Below are positions 10,501 through 18,159 of a stretch of DNA of 64,000 nucleotides, piece after piece. The position numbers were made by a program, and so were the translations under genes. Source of the stretch: Gemmatimonas sp. (GTDB lineage Bacteria > Gemmatimonadota > Gemmatimonadetes > Gemmatimonadales > Gemmatimonadaceae). Within the stretch, counting starts at the first letter, position 1, and each line of letters opens with the position of its first letter. The notes beneath the pieces were generated by a model, which was given only the letters and a program-made list of their open reading frames with translations, was not told the DNA's origin and searched no databases. The stretch lies in assembly GCA_965279375.1 (NCBI GenBank), contig OZ257156.1, positions 2,368,001-2,432,000 on the forward strand, given 5' to 3'.

Positions 10501-10729
10501 AACTGAGCGAGCCTCCCTTGTCGTCCTTCACACTCGCCGTGATGGCGGCAGTGGGAGACGACGGCGAAAGCGAGACGGTTGCGGGCGTGACCACGATGCT
10601 CGCTGCGGCCTTGGGGCCGTCGCTGCTGCAGGCGGCGAGCGCCGAGAGCAACGACACACCCGTGAGCAGCGGCAACCATCCGAACGGCGGCCACGCGGCG
10701 CGAACGATACGACGGGAACGAGAGGACAT
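7520..10729 (-). CDS. Lipoprotein: 5 Big_2 domains and a 14-repeat beta-propeller head (paralogue of 639..5453)
   Basis: Lipobox LSALAA-C. Five Big_2 repeats. The head aligns blade by blade with 639..5453 (LATNW/LATSW, GQRG.VMR, APDLLDVW, GGAFAVGYNS). Confidence 0.88.
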   Translation of the reverse strand: MSSRSRRIVRAAWPPFGWLPLLTGVSLLSALAACSSDGPKAAASIVVTPATVSLSPSSPTAAITASVKDDKGGSLSSASVTWSSGAPTVAIVSPSGTTATITAVSPGTATITATSGGVSAPVQVQVLGVRSVVVTPSAAAIRVGDTQTLTAAVTADPGLPTTVTWASDNPAVATVSAAGVVTGVSIGNATIRATSVGDARFSATATFSVTAQRSVTLAPTSVSIVAGDQRTLVPTVRMDAGLSTAVTWRTSAAAVATVSAAGVVTGVANGTATITAVAVADTLVRATAVVTVLPSVRTVTVAPTTASVFWGATQQFTSTVTVDGTISNAVTWRSSNAAVATVSNSGLVTTTGVGTATITVLSTADTTKRATATLTVNSRTTTVAITQRTVGLNPGGSTALTATVSANPGVATGVTWSSSNAGVASINTSGVVTAVALGSAVITASAVADPTRRDTVTVSVLPVLATNWTPARLNGPLYDDIQSIVSFGSSTAFAVNLAGDVFLWNGSVWTASSRGATYSTRFLSVHGTAFNNVIAVGTNGAIIKWDGVQWTTMSSGTTRVLNNVFVDSLGGAFAVGANGTALRLAGGNWSSTATGTVETLNGVWSSNGVSYAVGTAGVVLRFAGNTWSTVSVPTSEALNAISGTSSSNIIAVGSFGTILRFDGTNWSIVPNNERGGDMWAVQATTANNGRSYIAGDDGLLQLDGNTVSTTATPYAPNLFTVHMDASGSVWTGGQRGVVMRAASGSNTFQTLSIAPDLLDVWTTSSTNSWAVGEFGFAYRWNGSAWTRDTTPTLAALNAVWAPAANEAFAGGDNGTILRWTGGAWRTMAFPSLANVTSIWGTSNSNVYAVTDAGEIVRYAGTSWSVVATAPRALTAIFGVNASEVYAGGEGGTMLRFNGTTWSQLPTPANGTIVGLWMSGITDVTAVGADATGDLGLAYRFDGNAWQQLSLGTRRVLTSIWGPSLNDIYVTGDIGTLLRYDGALWQPVSLPTTDLLWSVSGAPDASGGAFAVGYNSLIVTGAKGPAPLFASLSAGNRGSLEPSAAARRSKSALMRRTIPSGAARAKRKHR

Positions 10730-10734
10730 GGCGG

Positions 10735-12609
10735 TCAGCTCACAGTGCGCGGCGCAGTCATCGCCGCGGGGTTGAGGAGGTCATCCAACTGCGCTCGCGT
10801 GAGCAATCCGCGTTCCAGCACCAACTCGAACACACCGCGGCCGCCATCCAGTGCGGTGCGTGCGATATCCGTTGCCGCTTCGTATCCGATCACCGGCACG
10901 AGTGCTGTGACGATACCTATGGAGTGTTCGACGAACATGCGCATGCGATCTGCATTCGCCGTGATTCCAGTCACGCAGCGCTCACGCAACACGAGACAGG
11001 CGTTGCGCATCATGTCGATGCTGTGCAACAGACGATACACGATCACGGGTTCGAACGCATTCAACTGCAGTTGCCCCGCTTCGGCCGCCATCGTGACGGT
11101 GACATCGCCGCCGATGACATCGAAGCAGACCTGATTGACGACCTCGGGGATGACGGGATTGACCTTGCCGGGCATGATCGACGATCCGGGCTGCATGGGC
11201 GGCAGATTGATCTCCCCGAATCCACAGCGCGGACCCGAGGAGAGCAACCGCAGGTCATTGCAAATCTTCGACAACTTCGTCGACGTGCGCTTGAGGATAC
11301 CGGACAATTGCACGAATGCACCAGTGTCGCTCGTCGCTTCCACGAGATCCGGCGCGGTGATCACGGGCACAGAAGTGATCTCGGCCAATTTCGCTGCCGC
11401 GAGTGCGGCATATCCGACGGGCGCGTTGATGCCGGTGCCGATCGCGGTCGCGCCAAGGTTGATCTCGCGAATAAGCAGCTGCGCCTCGCCCAACCGATCC
11501 ACATCTTCGCGGAGCGTGTTGGCAAAGGCAGTGAACTCCTGGCCGAGCGTCATGGGGACCGCGTCCTGCATCTGGGTGCGTCCCATCTTGAGCAGCGGTG
11601 CGAACTCGGTGCCTTTCTCGCCGAATGCATTGGCAAGGCGCGCGAGTTCCAGCCGGAAGATGCCCAGACTCTGGTGCAGCGCCAGACGCACCGCCGTCGG
11701 ATAGACGTCGTTGGTGGACTGGCTGAGGTTGACGTGGCTGTTGGGCGAAACGGTCTCGTAGTCGCCGCGCGGCTTGTTGAGCAGCTCGAGCGCACGATTG
11801 GCGATGACTTCGTTGGCGTTCATGTTGGTGGACGTGCCGGCGCCGCCCTGAATCACGTCAACGAGAAAGTGTTCGTGATGACGTCCGGCGCGGATCTCGC
11901 GCGCAGCGCGCAGGATCACATCGGCGATGGTCGGCTCGAGGAGACCCAGGTCGAGGTTCGTTTGCGTGCACGCTTCCTTCACGGCGGCCAGGGCTTCGAT
12001 CAGCAGCGGATACTCGCGCAGCGGAATGCCGGTGATCGGGAAGTTCTCGAGCGCGCGCAACGTCTGTACCCCGTACAGCGCTTCGAAGGGCACCTCGCGC
12101 TCGCCCAGCAAGTCTTTTTCCGTGCGCGTGCGATGTCCGCCGAAACCCAGCGTCCGTCCGCGCCCGACGAGCGTGGCGTCGGCGTGGCGCAGGCGGTTGG
12201 AGATCGTGCGGGCGGCGCGGGCGACGAGTGCGGCATAGAGCTGTGGCGATTCGCGCACGATTTCGTCGACGTGCGCTCGCGTGAGCAGCATCGCGCGACC
12301 GGGCATGATCACGCGCGCCGTGGTGCCGTGGCGTGTGTCGTCGAGCAGCAGACCTTCGCCCACCGCGTCGCCGGCACCGAAGGTGACCAGCCGCACGCTG
12401 CGACCGTCCGAGTTCTTCTCGATGGCGACGGCGCCGCTGATGAGGATGGCGAGCTGATGACGCTCGTCGCCTTCGTTGAAGAGCGTTTCGTCGGTGACGA
12501 GGTCGTGCGGCGTGACGTGACGCGACAGCTTCCACAGATGCGAGTCGTTGAAGCCCTCGAGGAAGACAATGCCGCGAAGGGCGTCGGCGATTTCGGCCGG
12601 TGAGGTCAT
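10735..12609 (-). CDS. aspA: Aspartate ammonia-lyase with N-terminal cyclic-nucleotide-binding domain
   Basis: Aspartase motifs GGAGTSTNMNANE, SQSTND, KMGRTQMQDA and GSSIMPGKVNP. The first ~150 aa have a CNB pattern (LFNEGD..LAILISGAV...VGEGLLL). Confidence 0.92.
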   Translation of the reverse strand: MTSPAEIADALRGIVFLEGFNDSHLWKLSRHVTPHDLVTDETLFNEGDERHQLAILISGAVAIEKNSDGRSVRLVTFGAGDAVGEGLLLDDTRHGTTARVIMPGRAMLLTRAHVDEIVRESPQLYAALVARAARTISNRLRHADATLVGRGRTLGFGGHRTRTEKDLLGEREVPFEALYGVQTLRALENFPITGIPLREYPLLIEALAAVKEACTQTNLDLGLLEPTIADVILRAAREIRAGRHHEHFLVDVIQGGAGTSTNMNANEVIANRALELLNKPRGDYETVSPNSHVNLSQSTNDVYPTAVRLALHQSLGIFRLELARLANAFGEKGTEFAPLLKMGRTQMQDAVPMTLGQEFTAFANTLREDVDRLGEAQLLIREINLGATAIGTGINAPVGYAALAAAKLAEITSVPVITAPDLVEATSDTGAFVQLSGILKRTSTKLSKICNDLRLLSSGPRCGFGEINLPPMQPGSSIMPGKVNPVIPEVVNQVCFDVIGGDVTVTMAAEAGQLQLNAFEPVIVYRLLHSIDMMRNACLVLRERCVTGITANADRMRMFVEHSIGIVTALVPVIGYEAATDIARTALDGGRGVFELVLERGLLTRAQLDDLLNPAAMTAPRTVS

Positions 12610-12851
12610 GACGGGTATCGGAACGGCGCGTTCCGCGCCGAAGATGAACTGCGCCGAACGGGCGCAGCGATCAGAAAATCGGGGGGAGGTGCTGCAGAGG
12701 GATCGGCTCGGTCGGCGGGACCCTGTCGAGCCGGTGGTGAAATAGTGGCGTGCTGGACCGTACTCTCGCTACCAGTGGCTCCGGGTGATATGGTGTGCCT
12801 GTCGTTCAATTCGCCCGATCCGTGCAGCCGTCACGTCCTGGAGTGTGTCCC

Positions 12852-13949
12852 GTGTCCGTGTCCGTGTCCCGTCGCGACTTTCTCGAGCGCTCTGCCGCGC
12901 TTACTGCTGCAGGATTCCTGCCGCGTCTGACTACCCCCGACGCAGACGAAGGCGCCCGCGCAATGTTAGGGACTCTCTCCGCTGAGGCACCGGCGCCGGG
13001 AGTATTCCGGGCGCGTCCGATCGTGATCGCCTCCGCCAACGGCATCCGGGGCGTGAAGGTGGCCTACGACCAGATCGTGGCGGGCGGGGATCCCCTCGAC
13101 GCCGCGATCGCGGGCGTGAACATCCAGGAGCTCGATCCGAACGACCAGAGCGTGGGGTTGGGCGGACTCCCCAACGAAGAGGGCATCGTCCAGCTCGATG
13201 CCTCCTGCATGCACGGCCCCACGCGCCGCGCGGGTTCGGTCAGCTGCATCGAGGACATCGCCACGCCCAGTCTCGTGGCCAAGGCGGTGATGGACTACAC
13301 CGACCACGTGATGCTCGTAGGGCCGGGTGCCAAGAAGTTCGCGCTGGCGATGGGCTTCAAGGAACAGAACCTGCTCACGGAAAAGACCCGTCAGGATTGG
13401 ATGCGCTGGAAGGCACGGCTCAACAAGAGCGACGCATGGCTCGATCACGATGACGACATCAAGATCAAGTTCACCACCGGCACGATCAACATGAATGCGG
13501 TCACCGCCAACGGCGACATCGGGTCGGTGACCACCACCAGCGGCATGGCGTGGAAGATCCCCGGGCGCATTGGCGACAGCCCGATCATCGGCGCGGGGCA
13601 GTACTGCGACAACACCGTGGGCGCGGCCGGCAGCACGGGGCGCGGCGAGGCCAACATCAAGGTGTGCGGCGCCTTCCTCGCCGTGGAGTTCATGCGCCAG
13701 GGGCTGCAGCCGCAGCAGGCGCTGCTCAAGGTCGTCGAGCGCGTCATCGCCATGACCGAAGATCGTCTGCTTGGCCCCAACGGCCGGCCGTACTTCGATC
13801 TCGATTTCTACGCCGTCACCAAGGACGGCCGCTACGCCGGCGTGTCGTGCTACGAAGGCAGCCGGTTTGCGGTCTGCGACGAAAAAGGCGCCCGTCTGGA
13901 GACGAGCGCCTATCTCTACAAGGCGAGCGAGCGCCCGAAGCCGAGATAA
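12852..13949 (+). CDS. Tat-exported N4-(beta-N-acetylglucosaminyl)-L-asparaginase / isoaspartyl peptidase family (Ntn hydrolase)
   Basis: GGAG RBS at 12840 and GTG 12852. Twin-arginine SRRDFL. Motifs SVGLGGLPN..G.VQLDAS, G/TIN cleavage site and TTTSGMAWKIPGRIGDSPIIGAG. Confidence 0.88.
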   Translation: MSVSVSRRDFLERSAALTAAGFLPRLTTPDADEGARAMLGTLSAEAPAPGVFRARPIVIASANGIRGVKVAYDQIVAGGDPLDAAIAGVNIQELDPNDQSVGLGGLPNEEGIVQLDASCMHGPTRRAGSVSCIEDIATPSLVAKAVMDYTDHVMLVGPGAKKFALAMGFKEQNLLTEKTRQDWMRWKARLNKSDAWLDHDDDIKIKFTTGTINMNAVTANGDIGSVTTTSGMAWKIPGRIGDSPIIGAGQYCDNTVGAAGSTGRGEANIKVCGAFLAVEFMRQGLQPQQALLKVVERVIAMTEDRLLGPNGRPYFDLDFYAVTKDGRYAGVSCYEGSRFAVCDEKGARLETSAYLYKASERPKPR

Positions 13950-13962
13950 ATCTTACGCGGCG

Positions 13963-14682
13963 CTACTTCGCGATGCCCGCAGGGAGTTCGAACAGCTTGG
14001 GATCGTTCGGCGTGAAGGTGACGCTATTGATCGTGAGTACGACGTCTCCCTGCGCGGTGCCCTGAATCTGCGTGGTCGCAATCAGCTTGCCCTCGAACGT
14101 CTTGTAGTCGCGATAGGTGGCCGTGACTACGCCGTCGGGCGCCTTGATCACCTGCGCGCGACGCAGCCCCGTCGCCACTTCGAAATAGTCGGTCCGGTCG
14201 CGGCCGCCCTTGGTGGTGATCTCGACCTTATAGCATTCGACCCCGTCGAACGGCTCCTTCGCCACCACGGCGGCCTTCGAGAAGCGTGACGGATCGAGGA
14301 ACGCGGCACCCAGCATGTTGGCCTCACCGGCGTCGACTGCTTCGGCGCCACTCACTTTGGCCATCGAGCCGTCGGGCTGCCCGCGCCAGATCGTCGTGCC
14401 GTCGCTTCCTTGCTCAACGCGCCCCATCCCGAAATCGATGATCATGCGCACCTTGCTGGGCGCCGAGCTGTAGCGATCGTACGTGCCTGAGATGTTGGCG
14501 AAGGTGATGTTGGCCGAGCCTTTCTCAGCGCGGTGCTCCACCTTGGCCCACGCGTCGCGACCGCCCACGGCCGCGGCGTACTTGTCATAGACCTGCTGGA
14601 CGGTGGGGAGCTGTGCCTCAGCGCGCGAGTGCATGGCAACGGCGAGAGCAGCGACGGCGGCAACACGACGGACCGGGAACAT
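13963..14682 (-). CDS. Secreted beta-rich protein, possibly LolA-like / lipoprotein-sorting fold
   Basis: Sec signal ending AEA-Q. N-terminus LPTVQQVYDKYAAAVGGRDAW, YFEVATGL and C-terminal DPKLFELP resemble uncharacterised LolA-like proteins; the fold is inferred. Confidence 0.6.
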   Translation of the reverse strand: MFPVRRVAAVAALAVAMHSRAEAQLPTVQQVYDKYAAAVGGRDAWAKVEHRAEKGSANITFANISGTYDRYSSAPSKVRMIIDFGMGRVEQGSDGTTIWRGQPDGSMAKVSGAEAVDAGEANMLGAAFLDPSRFSKAAVVAKEPFDGVECYKVEITTKGGRDRTDYFEVATGLRRAQVIKAPDGVVTATYRDYKTFEGKLIATTQIQGTAQGDVVLTINSVTFTPNDPKLFELPAGIAK

Positions 14683-14713
14683 GACGACTCCGATGTAGGT
14701 GAGTGCCGAACGA

Positions 14714-14739
14714 TACGTGGCCGACCACCGCGTTGTTTC
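14714..14739 (-). promoter_or_regulatory. Candidate ECF-sigma promoter GAAAC-N17-CGTA
   Basis: Minus strand gaaac-aacgcggtggtcggcca-cgta, about 30 nt upstream of ATG 14682. Confidence 0.5.
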
Positions 14740-14754
14740 TCGCTACTTTCTGCG

Positions 14755-15219
14755 ATGCCTCTCTTTCCGTTCGGTTGGGTGCACTATCTTCTCGGCGGCC
14801 TCGCCATCGGGCTGGGCGTGTCGCTGCTGTATCTGCTCACGGGACTCGTGGGCGGCATGAGTTCCGTCTACTCGTCCACCTGGTCGTGGGCGGTGAAGCG
14901 CCCGTTCTTTCAGGAGCCGGGGCTGCTCAACAGCCGTCGCTGGCGACTTGCCTACTCGGCCGGTCTGATCGTGGGGGCCGGCGTCTGGTGGCTGGGGTTC
15001 GGGCACGGCGTACGCGTCGCAGTCTCTGTGCCTGTCGCGCAGCTGTTCGTTGGCGGGATCATCACCGGCTACGGCGCGCGGTTGTCGCGCGGCTGCACGT
15101 CGGGTCACGGCATCTGCGGCATGGCGTCGCTGCGACTGCCGTCGTTGGTGGCCGTGCTCACCTTCATGGCGACGGCCATGGTGACGGCCAACGTGGTCGC
15201 ACGCATCGGGGGGCGCTGA
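14755..15219 (+). CDS. YeeE/YedE family sulfur-compound transporter subunit
   Basis: GG.AIGL start and GARLSRGCTSGHGICG motif; about 4 TM segments. Confidence 0.85.
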   Translation: MPLFPFGWVHYLLGGLAIGLGVSLLYLLTGLVGGMSSVYSSTWSWAVKRPFFQEPGLLNSRRWRLAYSAGLIVGAGVWWLGFGHGVRVAVSVPVAQLFVGGIITGYGARLSRGCTSGHGICGMASLRLPSLVAVLTFMATAMVTANVVARIGGR

Positions 15220-15221
15220 CC

Positions 15222-15644
15222 ATGGCCTCGTCACCGCGGGGGACAATCGCTGCCGCACTTGGCGCAGGCGCGCTCTTTGGCTTCGGGCTCGCCCTGTCCA
15301 CGATGATTCGTCCGGAGATCGTGCTGGGGTTCCTGCGGTTCGAGGACTGGGGGTTGATGCTCGTGCTCGGGGGAGCGGTCCTGGTCACGATGGTCGCCTA
15401 TCAGCTCGTGCCGCGTCTCCTCGAGCGCCCGTTGCTGGGCGGCGTGTTCGGAAAGCATGCCTCACGGCTCGATCGTCCGACGATCATTGGCGCGGCGGTC
15501 TTCGGCATCGGCTGGGGGCTGACAGGCGTGTGTCCGGGGCCCGCGATCGCAGGCCTCGGTGCGGGGAGCTATGAACTGCTCTTTGCGGTGGCCGGTATCG
15601 CGCTGGGCGCACTGCTGCAGGGGCTGATCGCTCGGGAGCCCTGA
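15222..15644 (+). CDS. YeeE/YedE family partner subunit (DUF6691-like)
   Basis: GALFGFGL..S.M..P and GIGWGLTGVCPGP motifs; starts 2 nt after the preceding gene. Confidence 0.85.
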   Translation: MASSPRGTIAAALGAGALFGFGLALSTMIRPEIVLGFLRFEDWGLMLVLGGAVLVTMVAYQLVPRLLERPLLGGVFGKHASRLDRPTIIGAAVFGIGWGLTGVCPGPAIAGLGAGSYELLFAVAGIALGALLQGLIAREP

Positions 15645-15710
15645 GTCGCGCTCCGCGAGCGCGGCTCCGAGCGCGGGTGCGGTCATAGCGGTGGTCGCTA
15701 TCTTTCGCGG

Positions 15711-18152
15711 ATGACGCACCCCGACCAGAGCATTCCCGCGCCCTACGAGCCGTCCACCGTCGAGCCCCGCTGGCAGCAGCGGTGGGCCGAACGTGGCACC
15801 AACGCCGTCGATCTCGACCGCGCCGATCGTCCGTTCTATTCGCTGATGATGTTCCCGTACCCGTCGGCCGAAGGGCTGCACGTGGGGAATCTTTTCGCGT
15901 TTACCGGCAGCGACATTTCGGCGCGCTTCCATCGGCTGCAGGGCCATCAGGTGTTTCAGCCGCTCGGGTACGACGCGTTCGGCATTCACTCGGAGAACTA
16001 CGCGCTCAAGATGGGCGCGCACCCGATGGAAATGACGCCGCGCAATGTCGCGAATTTTCAGCGACAGCTCGAGCGTGCGGGGTTGATGGTGGATTGGCGG
16101 AGCAAGGTCGACACGTCGCGTCCCGACTACTACAAATGGACGCAGTGGGTCTTCCTGCAGCTCTACAAGCAGGGGCTGGCCTACAAGAAGGCGGCGGCGG
16201 TCAACTGGTGCCCCAACGACAAGACCGTGCTCGCCAACGAGCAGGTGGAAGGCGGCTTCTGTGAACGGTGTGGCGCTGCCGTCGAGCAGCGTTTTCTGGA
16301 GCAGTGGTTCTTCCGCATTTCCGACTACGCCGGTCGTCTGCTGGATAATCTCGATACGCTCGACTGGTCGGAGATCACCAAGCACGCGCAGCGCAACTGG
16401 CTGGGCCGCTCGGAGGGCGCCGAACTAACGTTCGCCATCGACGGGCGCGATGAAACGGTTCGCGTGTTCACCACGCGCGCGGACACGATTTTTGGTGCCA
16501 CGTATCTGGTGCTGGCGCCCGAGCATCCGCTCGTCGGCGCCGTCACGACCGACGCGCAGCGTGCGGCGGTGCAGGCGTATCAGGAGACGACCACCAAGCA
16601 GGACCTGATCACGCGGAAGTCGGTGAAGGACAAGACCGGCGTGTTCACGGGCGCGTACGCAATCAATCCGGCCACCGGCGCCAACGTGCCCATCTGGATC
16701 GCGGACTACGTGCTGATGGAATACGGTACCGGTGCGATCATGGCGGTGCCGGGGCACGACGAACGCGACTTCGAATTTGCGCAGGTATTCAAGCTGCCGA
16801 TCGTGCGCGTGGTGGCCGGGCCTGATGACGCAGGGGACACGCCGTTGGGCGACGCGGCCTACACCGACGACACCGGTGGACGTCTGGTGAATTCCGGCGC
16901 GTTCGACGGGCTCGCGGTGCAGGAGGCCAAGAACAAGGTCACGTCGTGGCTGGCCGAGGGCGGTCATGCGACGCCGGTGACTAACTATCGGTTGCACGAC
17001 TGGTGCATCTCGCGGCAGCGCTATTGGGGTCCGCCGATTCCGATCATTTACTGCGACGACTGCGGCACCGTGCCAGTGCCCGAGTCGCAGTTGCCGGTGG
17101 AGCTGCCGTACCTCGAAGACTTCAAGCCGGATGACTCGGGCGTGTCGCCCCTGGCCCGCGCGACCGAGTGGTATCACGTGAACTGTCCGACGTGCGGCAA
17201 GCCGGCGCGTCGCGAGACGGACGTGTCGGACACGTTCCTCGACAGCTCGTGGTACTTCCTGCGCTATCCCAGCAACACGCGCGACGACGTGCCGTTCGAT
17301 GCCACGCGCACCAAGACGTGGCTGCCGGTGAACTCGTACATCGGCGGCAACGAGCACGCCGTGCTGCATCTGCTCTACTCGCGGTTCGTGACGATGGTGC
17401 TGCACGACGGTGGACATCTGGGCTTTGAAGAGCCGTTCACCAAGTTCCGCGCGCATGGCATGATCATTCGCGAAGGCGCGAAGATGTCCAAGTCGAAGGG
17501 GAACGTGATCAACCCCGACGTCTACATGGAAGAGTGGGGCGCCGACGCGTTCCGCATGTATCTCATGTTCCTCGGGCCGTACGAAGAAGGCGGCGACTTC
17601 CGCGACGCAGGCATCAGCGGCGTGCGTCGGTTCCTCGAGCGGCTCTGGAGCTCGGTGCGCGATTGCACGACGGACGGCACGGCCGACGCCGATGTGCTTC
17701 GCAAGCTGCACCGCACGATCAAGAAGGTGGGCGATGACACCGCGCGCCTGAGCTACAACACGGCCATCGCGGCGATGATGGAGTATCTCAATGCGGTCCG
17801 TCGTGGCGAGCGTACCGCGCATCGCGACGAAGTGTTGCCGTTGGTGCAGCTCGCGGCGCCTTTCGCACCGCATCTCGCCGAAGAGTGCTGGAGCACGCTC
17901 GGACACACCGCGAGCGTGTTTAACTCAGGGTGGCCGTCGTTCGACCCGGCCATGCTGGTGGACGATTCCATCGAGCTGGTCGTGCAGGTCAACGGCAAGG
18001 TGCGCGGCAAGGTGACGGTGGCGACCGATGTCTCACAGGACGACGCGATGGCCATTGCGATGGCCGACGCCAACATCGCCAAATTCGTCGTGGGCGAGAT
18101 CAAGAAGGTCATCTTCGTGCCCAAGCGGTTGCTCAACATTGTCGTGGGGTGA
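15711..18152 (+). CDS. leuS: Leucine--tRNA ligase
   Basis: MFPYPS..LHVGN (HIGH-like), GTGAIMAVPGHDERD editing domain, DW.ISRQRYWG, KMSKS and C-terminal VQVNGKVR. Confidence 0.98.
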   Translation: MTHPDQSIPAPYEPSTVEPRWQQRWAERGTNAVDLDRADRPFYSLMMFPYPSAEGLHVGNLFAFTGSDISARFHRLQGHQVFQPLGYDAFGIHSENYALKMGAHPMEMTPRNVANFQRQLERAGLMVDWRSKVDTSRPDYYKWTQWVFLQLYKQGLAYKKAAAVNWCPNDKTVLANEQVEGGFCERCGAAVEQRFLEQWFFRISDYAGRLLDNLDTLDWSEITKHAQRNWLGRSEGAELTFAIDGRDETVRVFTTRADTIFGATYLVLAPEHPLVGAVTTDAQRAAVQAYQETTTKQDLITRKSVKDKTGVFTGAYAINPATGANVPIWIADYVLMEYGTGAIMAVPGHDERDFEFAQVFKLPIVRVVAGPDDAGDTPLGDAAYTDDTGGRLVNSGAFDGLAVQEAKNKVTSWLAEGGHATPVTNYRLHDWCISRQRYWGPPIPIIYCDDCGTVPVPESQLPVELPYLEDFKPDDSGVSPLARATEWYHVNCPTCGKPARRETDVSDTFLDSSWYFLRYPSNTRDDVPFDATRTKTWLPVNSYIGGNEHAVLHLLYSRFVTMVLHDGGHLGFEEPFTKFRAHGMIIREGAKMSKSKGNVINPDVYMEEWGADAFRMYLMFLGPYEEGGDFRDAGISGVRRFLERLWSSVRDCTTDGTADADVLRKLHRTIKKVGDDTARLSYNTAIAAMMEYLNAVRRGERTAHRDEVLPLVQLAAPFAPHLAEECWSTLGHTASVFNSGWPSFDPAMLVDDSIELVVQVNGKVRGKVTVATDVSQDDAMAIAMADANIAKFVVGEIKKVIFVPKRLLNIVVG

Positions 18153-18159
18153 TGGAGGC

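Noticed and set aside
9309..10775. Long antisense ORFs (e.g. 9309..10775, 5827..7365, 10924..12603, 16425..17906, 38371..39711, 59166..60578, 62102..63694)
   Set aside because: Shadow frames of well-supported genes in high-GC DNA with few stop codons; no motifs of their own.
12852..12869. GTGTCC x3 at the asparaginase start as a phase-variation tract
   Set aside because: A 6-nt unit keeps the frame and there are only three copies.
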